From assembly GCA_003344405.1 (NCBI GenBank), contig NOWV01000003.1, positions 1,364,001-1,428,000 of the forward strand: a stretch of DNA of 64,000 nt, written 5' to 3'. The first letter of the stretch is position 1. Each line of letters opens with the position of its first letter. Under the pieces are notes generated by a model that did no database searches, was not told where the DNA came from, and saw only the letters and a list, made by a program, of their open reading frames with translations. The position numbers and the translations under genes were made by a program. This document shows, in pieces, positions 11,240 to 23,655 of the stretch. The DNA comes from Trichoplax sp. H2. Taxonomy: Eukaryota.

Positions 11240-14200
11240 TTAATTTCTTTGTTGTGAATCATTCATAATTGACTTCCGTAATTTATTTGAAACAACGTTA
11301 ATTTCTTTTTCTAAGAATCCTGAAAAGACGCAAATAAAGCCAAAGTTTTAATAAAAATGCGCAACATGAATGATTCACTACAGTATTGCTGCGATTTGTT
11401 CACTTACGAAGCAAGGGCTCATCAGTCCATTTTTTTACCTTTTCCCTTGTCACACGACAGGCAATACTACTTGCACATTCAACTACCTAAGATACCATAG
11501 CATTCAGTTAAGAAGAAAACCTACACACATCTATTTTTTAAGAGCATTGAGTATCATCGACACTATTATTTCAATCTATATTGCTTAAGATTATTCATAA
11601 GCAAGAATCTAATCAAGCCTTGATAATTATTTACAGTTGATAGAGTATTCACGTGTGCAAAACAAGCTCTAGTAATTATCCCTTATACATTTAAACCCGA
11701 CCATTTTACACATGCACAGTACTGATGAAAAGACTGATCAAATATGTTATATTGACGTAGAGATTACCTGTTGGGATGTATTTTGAGGTAGTAATATACG
11801 TATAGCCTCTTTAACTTGTTTATGACAAATTCTGTAATCGTAAATCATTGATAGCATCATGTAAAATACGACGAGAGTTTTACTGTAGCTATTATTCGAA
11901 AATTGATATTTGTACCTCGTTAAAATCGTGTGTAACTCAGTGCGGGCCCTAGTTGAAATAGTTCCCAACGTTTCAATAGTCATTAGCTGCAGCTGATCCT
12001 AAATGTTGAAAAATAGAGTGAAAAAAGCATGGTTTAATCAGCAAAAACACTATAGTCATACTGATAAATTTGTACCAAAGCATATATTCTATACTTATGG
12101 CATACCGTAACTGGATCGCTAGAGTCTTTCGAGTTTACCCTACATGAAGTATTAAAATTACCAATATTTATATGCAATGTTATAATATTTACTAAATTTA
12201 AGCATGTGCTCACCATTGTTGTAGAATCTTGGAGGCGTCTTCGATAAATGGGAGAAGAAGCTCACTTTTGAGTTTAATAACGATGTTATTAAACACACTA
12301 GAGTACATATATATTTGTATGATAGTTATATTGTGTGACTCTAATATAGTTTTTTTTTCTGCAAATAACTACATCATTACCTATCCGAAGTAAAATCAAC
12401 AGTACTCTTTACATAGGGTGGTTGATAGCGTAAGAAGTGTTCTTCTAATTGAAGCTGTTCATTGTGAAATATTTAGTTATAGAAGTTTTTATAGACTTAT
12501 TGAGGCCAAGATTTAACTACTTTAAGACGTCAATACCTGTATTAGACCTTCTCTAACTTCAGCTAAGGATGGAATCTTACTTAAAAGCGTAATTTTTCGA
12601 ATTCCTATGTAAGCAAATGTGATTTCTATAAATTCTATTGGAGAATTATTATCAATCAGAAACGTCGGGTAGCAAAGTTACCCGTCAATTAGTAATAAAC
12701 CTGTAGTAGGAACTGAATGGTGCTTGAAGATTGATGTAATTTCTCCTATTGAGGAAATGCGATATGAATCATGAGCATAAATTATTGGAGGAGAAAAGTA
12801 ATAATTTTATGTAAAAGATAGTGTTACCAAGGTATGGACAACATGCGGTTAACAACTGTTCATCAATAACTTCAAAGTCATCCTTAAAATAAAACATAGT
12901 TTAGTTATATTTTTATAATTACATTTTAGCATCACACGACGTACATTACAGTAAATATTTTCAAAATTACCGGTCCACAAATATTATCATCTGGATATTC
13001 GATTTGATCTAAGTCGGGATTATTTATTGTAAGTAATTCCAGTTGTGGTGAATCAATATTAGTAAATAGCCAACCAAGAAGTAGGGAGATAAATAAGTGA
13101 TTTCTATAGTAGTTTTCGCTATGTTTCTTTTGAGATGTAAACCTAGAAATTGTTCAATAAGCATGCACAACATCAAATTTTTAAGTTTTTAAAATTACAT
13201 TATTAGATTACATCAACAACTATACATGTGCCCCTTGCTAGCAATATTTTACTAAAAAAATTACAGGAACATTAAAAAATTAGAGATAATCAATTATGAT
13301 CATCTTTACATTATTACAATTGCTATTTTTCTGATGGGATTGCAAGTATTTGGACAAGTTACCTATATTCATTGACAAGCAGTTTCAAAATTCTTTCATA
13401 CTGGTCTAATTTGGGGGCGACTGGATCCATCCAACTGAGATATTCGATTATCCATGGTATGGTTAGTACTTTTCGGTGTTGTTCACGTGCTTGGTGGAAG
13501 CATTTGATAATATCTACTGGGTCTTGCCGACACTAAACATTATTAATGATTCTACATTAATAACGAAATTAACAATGATCGAAAAAAATCGATTTCAAAT
13601 ATCGAACCTGGTCTCTTGCATCAATTGATGTTTGAGTAAATGCCTCAGGAAGTTTAGAATGAGTGTGGTATGGATAAAATATCAAAAATCCCAAAAATTT
13701 AGCAATAACGCGGAGAGTTAAAATACACTTTGAAAATAGTTTCATATTTTCCTTAAGAGAAGAAAAAATTTAATGATGATCGCTTGTGAGTTCATGTTTT
13801 TTATTATATCTTACATGGCGTTAATAATTTTATCAGAGCGACAGTTAATCAAGCATACCTGATCTAACTTTTTAATATCGTCATTATTAGCATCCGAAGA
13901 TTCAACGAAATAAAACTGCGTTGCATTGATCTAAGTTAAAAAACATTTACAGTTCTGTGGAATCAATCCCTGATTATAATAATGTTTTGCATAATATTTA
14001 AATTCTCTATACCTGATATAATTTATTACACAACTCGTCCGTAAGATGTCGATTGAACCTGTAACTATAGGGGAGTATGAATGTGTTAGGGTAATAATAA
14101 TATTTTCGCAAAGTATACACTAAAATATTGTTAGGATACTGAAAATTAAAATCCAAAATGACCTTGTACTACTAGTGCTTTACCTGTCAGCTGTAAGTAT

Positions 14201-17200
14201 AAAATCACGGAAAAATTTTTCAGATCGCGTAAACATTGGTGGAGGACATGGACTACCCAGATTAGCTGGTTTGAAAAATCTTTCATGGAGTCTGTGAGCA
14301 TATTATTATTAGAATCATCATGTTAATGGTTGCGTGTAAAGTATACATTGGTAGTATCAGATTCGTACGTGTATTAGTTGATAGAATAGTATAAATCTCA
14401 CAATTTTTACGTAAACAAGTATTGCTATAATATAAACCAGTAATCCAGATAGTGGCAATTGTGCGTATAAGATATTTTGATTACGTAAGGCCGTTAGGAT
14501 ATGCATTATTTAGAAATATTAGTAAGAACAAAACAACAACTTACTTCCGGAACTTTGTTGGACTTTTCTTGCGCAAATTTTTTAGGAAGCTATCACCACT
14601 TTCGTTATCAAATTGTTTGGTATAATCATAATCGGAATTATTCATCTAACGTTAAAAATGATTGAAATTAAGGAACATTCAAGGAGTGTGACATAATACA
14701 AGTCGCTTTTGCATATCGAATAATGTTAAGTACTTACCAGGATTAATTGAGATAGGAAGAGCTGAACAAAATGAGAATAGTTGACTATGTCATCCATTTC
14801 TTGTACTAATAATCTAGCCGAAGAATAAGGGGTAATTTAGAGAAAAGTATTACAATGATTTAAATGTTTATTTTACTATACTTGATTTTGCTGCCAATTG
14901 CAGGAGTCATATCCCAATCTGGCTTTCCACGCGCTTCTTCCCATTCACGTATCAGCGCGTAAAACATATCTCGCTGACGCTTGAAACTGTGGAAACTGCG
15001 CTCATTTGGAAAATTACTTCTATTGTCCTTCTCCACTTGAAATGGGACATTAGTTAGCGGAGGCTCCAAGTAATCTATAGACGATCGCTAAGTAAACAGA
15101 TAATAGAATATAGCAAAACATGTAAGCATTTATAATTTACTTCTTTAATAGAATTATGATAGAAAAGATTTATAGTAAGCAGTCGTAACTACTGTATAAC
15201 TATAAGCTATTGGATAGTTGATACTGATCTAATAAAAATCTATTAAATAATAATGACAGGCATCTCGATAATACACTTACGGTGTCTTGTTTCATTCTAT
15301 CAAACTCAAAGAATAGTTTGTGCAGTGATGGTAGGGAAACTTCACGTATCTAAAGTGAAGTTTACATCATAATTGAATGATAAATTTATTTCATTAACTT
15401 AAAATATGTCATAAAGTATCTCCAGTTATTAATTTATATCGTTAGATACTAACAGATTTTTAATACGTACCTTTTCATTTTCGATAAAGTAACGAACAGT
15501 AGTGCCATCTAACTTTCTTAGTATATCAACTATTTTATCCAAAACCATGATGACAAAATGAACACACTTTGTCGAGGTATTAAAAAGCTTAATGGGTATA
15601 TTTTTGTTAGTAGGGACATTTTCTTGAGAACTGTTAGTTATAACTTGCGATAGAAAGTAGAGTTCCACAGTCAAATTCGGCACCAAGTTTGCTACAATCA
15701 AATTCAAAAGTGATACAATGAATACAGATGGAAAAATTGAAGAAAAATGAATACGTTTTTAGTGATAATTGAGAAATGCATAAATACTGATAAATGTTGG
15801 ATGTTAAATTTTGATATCATTAATATTGACATTGTCATGACTAGTAGTAATTTTAACTAAGTACATTAATGAATACCTTTAATAATTTCAGCATATACAC
15901 TAGCTAAAATTTGTAGCACTCCATCATTGGTATGCTTGTCAGCTAGAGTTTTTGTTACTTCATTCATTTGTGTGCAGCGGCGTGTAGTTGATTGAACTAT
16001 TGTGGTATTAATTGCAGCACCGGTATCATGTAACGGACCTTTAGCGTTGCTTATGTCATCATTTGTTGGAGTGTGACTACTATTGTAAGTTTTAGACTTG
16101 GTAGTGCTTCTCTTTGCTCGTTCTAGTCTCAAAAGGCGTCTTTCGCTGTTAAAATCTTGCTCATCTAGTTCTTCAGGATTGTAGGAATTTGATTTATGAT
16201 TAAATTTTTCCGTCATATCATCAATACACCATGGGTTTGTAGTAGTATTAATACGCGTTGGTGTTATTCTTCTAGGAGATTTAACAGGTTGTTCTTTCAG
16301 GCTATTTATACATATGAAAGAGAGATAGTGATAAGGTTAGTAGTTGAACTGAGGAAATGTCGCTATTACGTACGAAATTGCCACCAGAATTGTACATAAC
16401 AGTATGATTCCGGTAGTCCTAGTAGGGTATTACAATGTAATCAATGTAAATCAAGAATTTACTATATATACTACAGTAGTACCTGTTCTGACCGAGTGTT
16501 GGAAATTCCCGTGTATTGGATAATTCAATTGTAGTATCGGTATTCAACTTTGTCGTTCCTTTAGCTTCTAGATAATTGTTTTTAAATCAGTGTATAACGG
16601 TTAAGGTAATTATTATCTTCCGGCCAGGTCTGACTTTTTCAGTAGATAGGTTGTACTTACCGTTGTGATGATTGTTCATACGTTGATTATCTGTTACTAA
16701 ACGTAATGTAGTCCTTCTAGCTGATGATTTATTAGTTTTTCGTTCATGTCCGGTAGATTTATGATTGTATTTGTCCCTAAAATTGCTGCTAGAATCTCTT
16801 CAATAGCAGAAACAGTACCGTAAAAATATGGTAGTTTTACTGATTGCCGCAGTACTACTGTTAAAACAATATAGGTATAAAAACATTAATTACATTAAAT
16901 GAAATTCATTAATTCGTATAATATAATTAATAGCTAGTGGTTATCTTTTTAGAAAGAAATTGGTAACCATCACATTTATCACTATAATGTACCAGTACAG
17001 TATGTTGATATTTATAACCATTGATTATTATAGCGAGTACGTTAATGATGGCTCTACTTTAGTACTTGAGCCTAAATCATCGATTACCTTTTTCCATCTC
17101 CTTGAGGAAAATTTTTATTGTTAGCACTGTTGGTAGTTTGATCGAATTGTCCTTTTTCATGACTTAAATATTGAGATAAGCTGTCGTGCAGATCATCTAA

Positions 17201-18324
17201 GAATGACTGAATATATCGATATTCTTGGAGTACAAGAGAAATTTGGGGACTCTCTTTATCTTTATCATAATTAGGAATACTGCAAATATTTTCAAGCTGT
17301 GGAACTTGCTGCTTAGCTCGTTGTAGATCAAGCTAGAATGGCAATGTTATTAATATTGACATTAGCATTGAGGTATTATAATAAAAGAAATTGACATGGT
17401 TTAAACAATCTTTCGTATAAGTAATACATGCGAAAACAACGCATTATTATTATGATATATAGTGAATATGACTTAGACCATTTACTCTTTACAGTGTTTA
17501 GGCAGTTGAAAAATGAATTTTACAGCTAGTGAAAGTTACTAACTGTGAATACATCACTTTGCTAATTCTTAGACGTGCATGTGTCAATGATGAATGATCG
17601 TTGATTTAGCATGATACTGGTATGCATTGAAAATATCTTGCAAGGTGATTTTTAACTGCACACTACATTACTCGTGAATTGTTAATAGCCAAGATTGTCA
17701 TTTAGATTGTTCTATTTCATCAGTAGTACATTGACTTAGTAAGCCAGCATACTCGTACAGTGGATAAAGCCAGGAAGCAATTGCAATGTTTATTGTGGAA
17801 GGGGGAGTGTTTACAGCTCTATTGAATGATAGTAAACTAAGAATTTATTGAAGCTAGAAAAAGTGAATGTGTGGTATAACGCCGAGAAATCGATATTGCA
17901 TTGGTATAATACTTACACAAGCAAAAAAGAGTATATGTATTAGCAGTTCAATGCTGTATTGTGCACGGGAAGAGTTACAGGATTGTCGTATGACAACAAA
18001 TTACGACTTTGGTGGAGAATAAAGGTGCGAATAACTCGTAGAAAGCCTTGGTGGCAATATGGTATTGATGGCAGTTTTATGAATCATTCATTAATTCCTG
18101 ATTATCAACAACCGGGTTGCCCATTTTTACGACATTATAAACATGATGTCGTACTGTATCATTTTTTGCACACTAGTTGAAGAACTAGAAAATAAAGTAA
18201 GCTAATCTTGTCTTGCAAGTATTTGCAAGGTGTAAAATAGGAATTAAAGCAAAGTTGTCATGATTTATACCTGACCAATTTCTCCTCCAATGGAGTGATT
18301 GCCCACATCTTGTTGATCTACCAT
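11240..18324 (-). CDS. CDAN1: Codanin-1 (ASF1-binding CDAN1/discs lost family), ~22 exons
   Basis: Exons encode NLVPNLTVELYFL, VPFQVEKDNRSNFPNERSFHSFKRQRDMFYALIREWEE, PCPPPMFTRSEKFFRDFI, LRVIAKFLGFL, LTIPWIIEYLS, DEQLLTACCPYL, LEEHFLRYQPPYVKSTVDF, and B-domain PRRITPTRI. ATG at 18324 (first exon less certain); TAA at 11240-11242. Confidence 0.9.
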
Positions 18325-18651
18325 TTTTCCCTGCCTTGAAAGCGTTTGATACAAGAGTTGGCTATGTAGTGACAGTATGCTTTCCGTTGCAAGCTGTAAG
18401 CTCTGTAGTGTACTGTAGCGTACCTTCGTGTACGTCATACAGTAGACTAGTACAGTATACGCATATCGTGTACAATGTACAGTACGTTTGCTACAGTACA
18501 ATACAGTACAGCATTGTACTGTACACTGTACGCCGTCTTCAATTTCGTTTTACTGTAGATACTGTAGTTGAACTGGGGAAAAGAAAATAGAACTAAAACT
18601 AGCGGGCTAATGCAGTAGTTTATACCGACATCTAGCAATAGATTTCATTTA

Positions 18652-18868
18652 TACTTTGATGAAAATATCTGATACGAAAATAATATTGCTGTACAGTATG
18701 TGCTGCATGAACATTATGGAAGAGAGATATTCGAGAGAGAGAAATTGTGAGTCAGTGATACAGTACTGTACATGTACGACGTATAATTATCTAGCAATAC
18801 AGTACTTTACATTTTATTTATACAGTACTTTGATGAAAATATCTGATACGAAAATAATATTGCTGTAC
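18652..18868. repeat. 43-bp direct repeat TACTTTGATGAAAATATCTGATACGAAAATAATATTGCTGTAC (18652 and 18826)
   Basis: Exact repeat seen in the sequence. Confidence 0.85.
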
Positions 18869-19156
18869 TATATACTGTAGAATTTCCCATACTGTTTCTG
18901 TCTCTTACAGTACAATGCCGACAACTACGGTAAGCCCTGCTTCTAGAATGATACAGTAGAACGAAGGAAGGATGGATGGACCATCTTCTCTACAGAAATT
19001 GATCGTACAGTATACCGCTACAGTACTGAGACTTTTCTCTTTTCAATATTGTACTGTACATCTGTACTGTACACTGTGTACAGTACCTAAGGTAGTAAAC
19101 AAACAATTTTGCCCGTCATCATGTTGACACGGACGTACACTCGTACAGTACTGTAC

Positions 19157-19207
19157 TGTACTGCAGTTATGGTCCTGTATTGTACTGCAGTTATGGTCCT
19201 GTATTGC
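19157..19207. repeat. 24-bp tandem repeat TGTACTGCAGTTATGGTCCTGTAT x2
   Basis: Exact tandem duplication seen in the sequence. Confidence 0.85.
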
Positions 19208-19720
19208 ACTGTACTGTATCACTGTACATCAAGCACTGGACCATCGGGTCGTACTGCGGTGCAGGTCACACACAAATCATATGAATCATATCAACGTCAT
19301 GCCAAATGTTTCGATCCGTCACTGGCGTCACTCAGTAGCCCCACCCCCATCAGTAATCTAGTAGGCTCACTCGTCGCCAATGGTCAGAACGACAAAGAAG
19401 AAGAAGATGGCCATGGGAAAAGCCAATGTCTATTTGTTGATTTTCATCTATTAGTCGTCGTATTTTCCTCTATTTGGTAGTAGGTTACCTAGCGGATTGG
19501 AAGGATAAAGACAATTGTCAGTCCTGTGTTTTTTTTCCCCCCCCCTGGCTTTCCATTGGATTCAAAGATTAAAGTATCGTCATTCGTAGGGAATTCGTTG
19601 GTGAAGCGAAGAAATTGCAAGTTCAATGAACGACGCCACCATTGGTAAAAGTCTTGAGAGAAAATTAAGTGGACTCTAGCAATCAGTCTGATTTCATCAT
19701 AACCAAGTAAAATCTCCATT

Positions 19721-22700
19721 ATGCCTATCAACAACTTCATCTGGGCTTGCTTGTTGTTACTATCGACTGTGCAATGCCTTTCAGTCAATGCTACTAAAAT
19801 CCAATTCAATCCATCGCAACAACATGGTGACTACCATGATGCAATCATGCTCAACGCTAATCAGTTTATCCGATATAATCTTAGCAGCAATGGCGATCGT
19901 TATCGTTTTATTTACAGCAAACGCGGTGATAATGGTTTTGTTGTCTTTTCTGCCAACTCTCATTATTATCCTATAACAGCATCGTTAAAAGATGCCACAT
20001 CCAGTGATTATACCATAACATCGATCAATCCTGGCTTAATCCAAGTCTTTACCAATGAAAATCAATTTGCCAATTTATACTTAAGCTTATCAACAGATGA
20101 GGGCAACAGCAAAGAAAACCTTCCTCGATTGCCTTCAACTATTGCTACACAACTTGTTGCTGTTCCTTATAAAAATTTCGCACCCTTACCTGGTGGCTGT
20201 TGCTTAAGTTGCGATCTGGATATTGATCCGAATATTGTATTAACAACTTCATCATGGATTACTTGGGTATCTTTTGATCAGGCAAATGCTGGCTTTCAAA
20301 ACGGTAACTACTACAAGAGAGAAAAAAATGCAGCCCATGTTTAATATTTGTACTCTCCTAGTCCTCTATGCCTCTCACAAATGGACTCAATTAATTCAAT
20401 TAACCATAATCGGCTAATGGAGTTGTTACAATACAATCGGTAGTAAGATGTTATTCAGTAGACAAGATACATGCAAACACGTATGCAGTAATGCTTCTTC
20501 GAACGCTATATGACTTAGTTTTATTTCTTTATCACCACTTGTATCGAATCATCTATCATCTCTGCTTTGCATTTTACCATACTATTCATGTACTTTTTAG
20601 TATTTAGCACAAACTGGATAATTTTCTTCAATTACAAACACAATCACAAATACAGTACTGTAATGACAGTAGTCATTCGTGAATGATACAGTTACTATGT
20701 CATTTATCCTATCCAATCTGTACTAGGGTACTGTAGCTTGGAAGATAATTTTTAGATCAAATGGATTCATTATGCACTACTGTTCCGTGAACATCATGCT
20801 AGCAATTAAAGTATTAGCAGGGTTATAATACAAGTCAATTTGTTACAGGGACTAGGGACTGCTCCTAATAATGATGCTCACAGGACTGTACAATGACAAA
20901 GGACAATCATAATTTAGATATGGACGATATAGGCTTCAATCATTTTCCTTTTTTTCTTACTAAATTGCCAAATTAGGGCATTAAATTTCCAAATTATATA
21001 TAGGTGATAGCAAAGAATGAGAGATTATGAGTCAATAACTGAAGGGATATTTATCGATGTTTCATTTGATCAAGGCATAGATAACACTTGCAATAAAAGT
21101 TAATTCTCAGAGATCACAGAATGAACTAAAATCGAAACCAAGTACAGTATTGGCAATTACATTATCTTGTAGTTATGTCTATGCATAAGTTTTATACTAG
21201 GTTTTTTTGATCTACATATCTGTTATGAGTGTATCTTCAAAGCTTCTTGTTACTACACCTTCTCTTAATAGAAATTATTAATAATGTCTTGTCTTTAAAA
21301 TACTTTCAGATCAACAGCCACATTGTGGTGGTAATTCGCCTAGTCGATTTCGGTTACAGTACGACTTGTATCAACTATTTTTGCCTTTATGGAATATAAA
21401 TGGCATGGAATTATTTAAAAATGTCCACTATATGGTTACACCTGAAAATATTCGGAAACATGGCAAATTTGTAAGTTTTAGAATTCAACTTAATTGGTGG
21501 AGAGTCGTAAATTAGGCGTATAGCAATGACATGATAGCATTGGTATCGTACTAACATAACACGAAAAGAGGTGACAACATCATAATTATTTCTTACTGCG
21601 ATATTCTACTGTATTGCATTTGCAGCATAAATCTATGCGATATCAGTGACAAATGCTATAAACTTTTAAATATTTTAAACATGCTGTACGTACTTTGCAT
21701 ACTTTTTCTCTTCAATTACTGTGGGTAAAGTTATAGACTAGCTTTGAAGAAGCCCACTGTTGTACAATTCATGGATTACATATACTTTGGAGTTGTACCG
21801 TAAATCAAATAAGCTATTTCAAAATATGTGCTACATTTTAATAGGATCTCTCGCAGATTACGCAGTAAGAAATAATTATATATTTTTACTTTAACATAAA
21901 ATTGTCAGTACAACATTCTCCATAGCATTGAGATATCGTGACGAAACAAAATAATCAAGAAATGACTTTTTCAACACTATCTCGTCGTGGTGTATTTTTT
22001 AAATGCTGCATTTCAGATAAACAAATATGGTAAAATAATAAAACGACCCTTAATAGCCCAGTAATATGAACAATTAAACTACATATACAGTATATGTATC
22101 ACGTTGACCAATTTTAGTATCCTTGATCATCGTTAGATTTAGATTTAAAATATATAGCGATGAAACGGTCAATAGAAGTGATTGCTGATCATTGCTTATT
22201 TACAACAACTACGAGTTAAGTTTATGATTATGATTGTAGTAACTTTTATAATTGCCATCTATTTATTACGATGATCATCTTTCAGATTCGAACTTTTGGC
22301 GGTGAAACACAGACTATCATTGCTATGAATTCAGTCTTCGGACATGGTGCAATTTATGGAGTTATCGTACGAGATCCATTCTTTCGGAGTGAAGCCACAT
22401 ATAGTCCAGCAACAACCTATTTTTGCAATTTAACACAACAAAATAATAAGGGAAATCAAATTGTCTCTTGTGAAACTGGACCTTACAATTATTTTGCAAC
22501 AATTTTAGCTGTTGTATTGTCAGTTGTCGGATTATGTATGTGCTTGTTTTCTGCGCGATTTTTTAAGTCATTCCTATTCATTATTGGTTGCCTGATTGGT
22601 GCTATCGCTGGTTTCGTTGTCGTTGCTGTTACTGGTTGGTTAAAAACTCATTTATCTCTACAATTGACTGTTACGACATTAGCAAGTATTCTGGTTGGTG

Positions 22701-23655
22701 CTGTTTTTGTCATGATATGGTACGCTTTCGGTATGTGCCTATTTCTTCTTGCATTTATGGCCTCACCACTAGGATTTCTATTGATATCGGTAGTGTTCAC
22801 AGTTACACCACTTGGCCTATTAACCGTATGGACTAGGGTTAACTTTGCTCTGTTATTCGTCTTAATATTGGTCATCTTTGCTCTACTTACTATTATATTT
22901 ACAAAATCCATGACTATTATCACGCCTGCTATTATTGGAGCATACCTCTTCCTATTTGGTATTAGCCATTTTGTGCATAGCAGTTTTGGATTATTTATTC
23001 TCTCGATCTTCAGGCATGCTTTAGTAGAGACTAAAGTGGATGTTCTTATAACATCACTACCATTTAGTATTGACGGTAAGGATAATCGCTGACTATGATG
23101 ACAGCAATTTCTATAATTAAATCTTGCACGTTAAAAATAACGTATCACTGTTAGATTCACAAAGTTATCCTACAATACATTCATCTATATCTACTGCTAA
23201 TTTAATTTACGATTATATTTTTCTTCAAATTTATCAAGAATAGTTCTACTGTATTGTTTATATAACTTTTCTTTTATATCTTTATAATTGAATCCTAATG
23301 GTTATTTGACATTACGATATAAAGCAAGTACTTATAGCTTGATCCAAGGATTGTATATTTGATTCTTCAAATTTTTATCATCATTTCAGACTGGATATTT
23401 TGTTCTTTATGGATTGTACTCTCTGTTGTCGGCATAGCTGTACAGAATCGCTTAAGAGACAGAGGAACACCCTTTCCTCAATCACCATTACTTTTTTATC
23501 GATGCTGGCAAAGACGAAAAAATATTGAGTTAATAAACACCAACAATAGCCGTACTGATCGAATCACTGAAGATGCTAATGTGAACTATAATAGCTTTGA
23601 ACAAAGTCCACTCTTAGGAAACGAGAAACAAAGTTATGGAACTTCTTGGCAATAA
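19721..23655 (+). CDS. TM7SF3: Transmembrane 7 superfamily member 3; exons 19721-20303, 21310-21470, 22286-23075, 23390-23655
   Basis: N-terminal signal peptide, PLPGGC..DLDIDPNI..V.FDQANAGF, RLQYDLYQLFLP, GHGAIYGVIVRDP...ATYSPATTYFC, then about seven hydrophobic TM segments. GT-AG junctions are phase-consistent. Confidence 0.9.

Larger units (their letters stand above)
18405..19230. promoter_or_regulatory. TACAG/CTGTA-rich block in the divergent CDAN1 / TM7SF3 promoter interval
   Basis: Dense TACAGTA/TACTGTA/GTAC motifs between two head-to-head start codons (18324 minus, 19721 plus). The regulatory role is inferred from position. Confidence 0.55.

Noticed and set aside
18265..19480. Overlapping Y/C/T/V-rich ORFs in the ORF track
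   Set aside because: By-products of TACAG/CTGTA low-complexity DNA. Only the end of 18265..18501 (MVDQQ...GQ) is used, as the probable CDAN1 first exon.
19489..22923. Antisense and alternate-frame ORFs over TM7SF3 exons
   Set aside because: Shadows of real coding exons with no independent protein signature.
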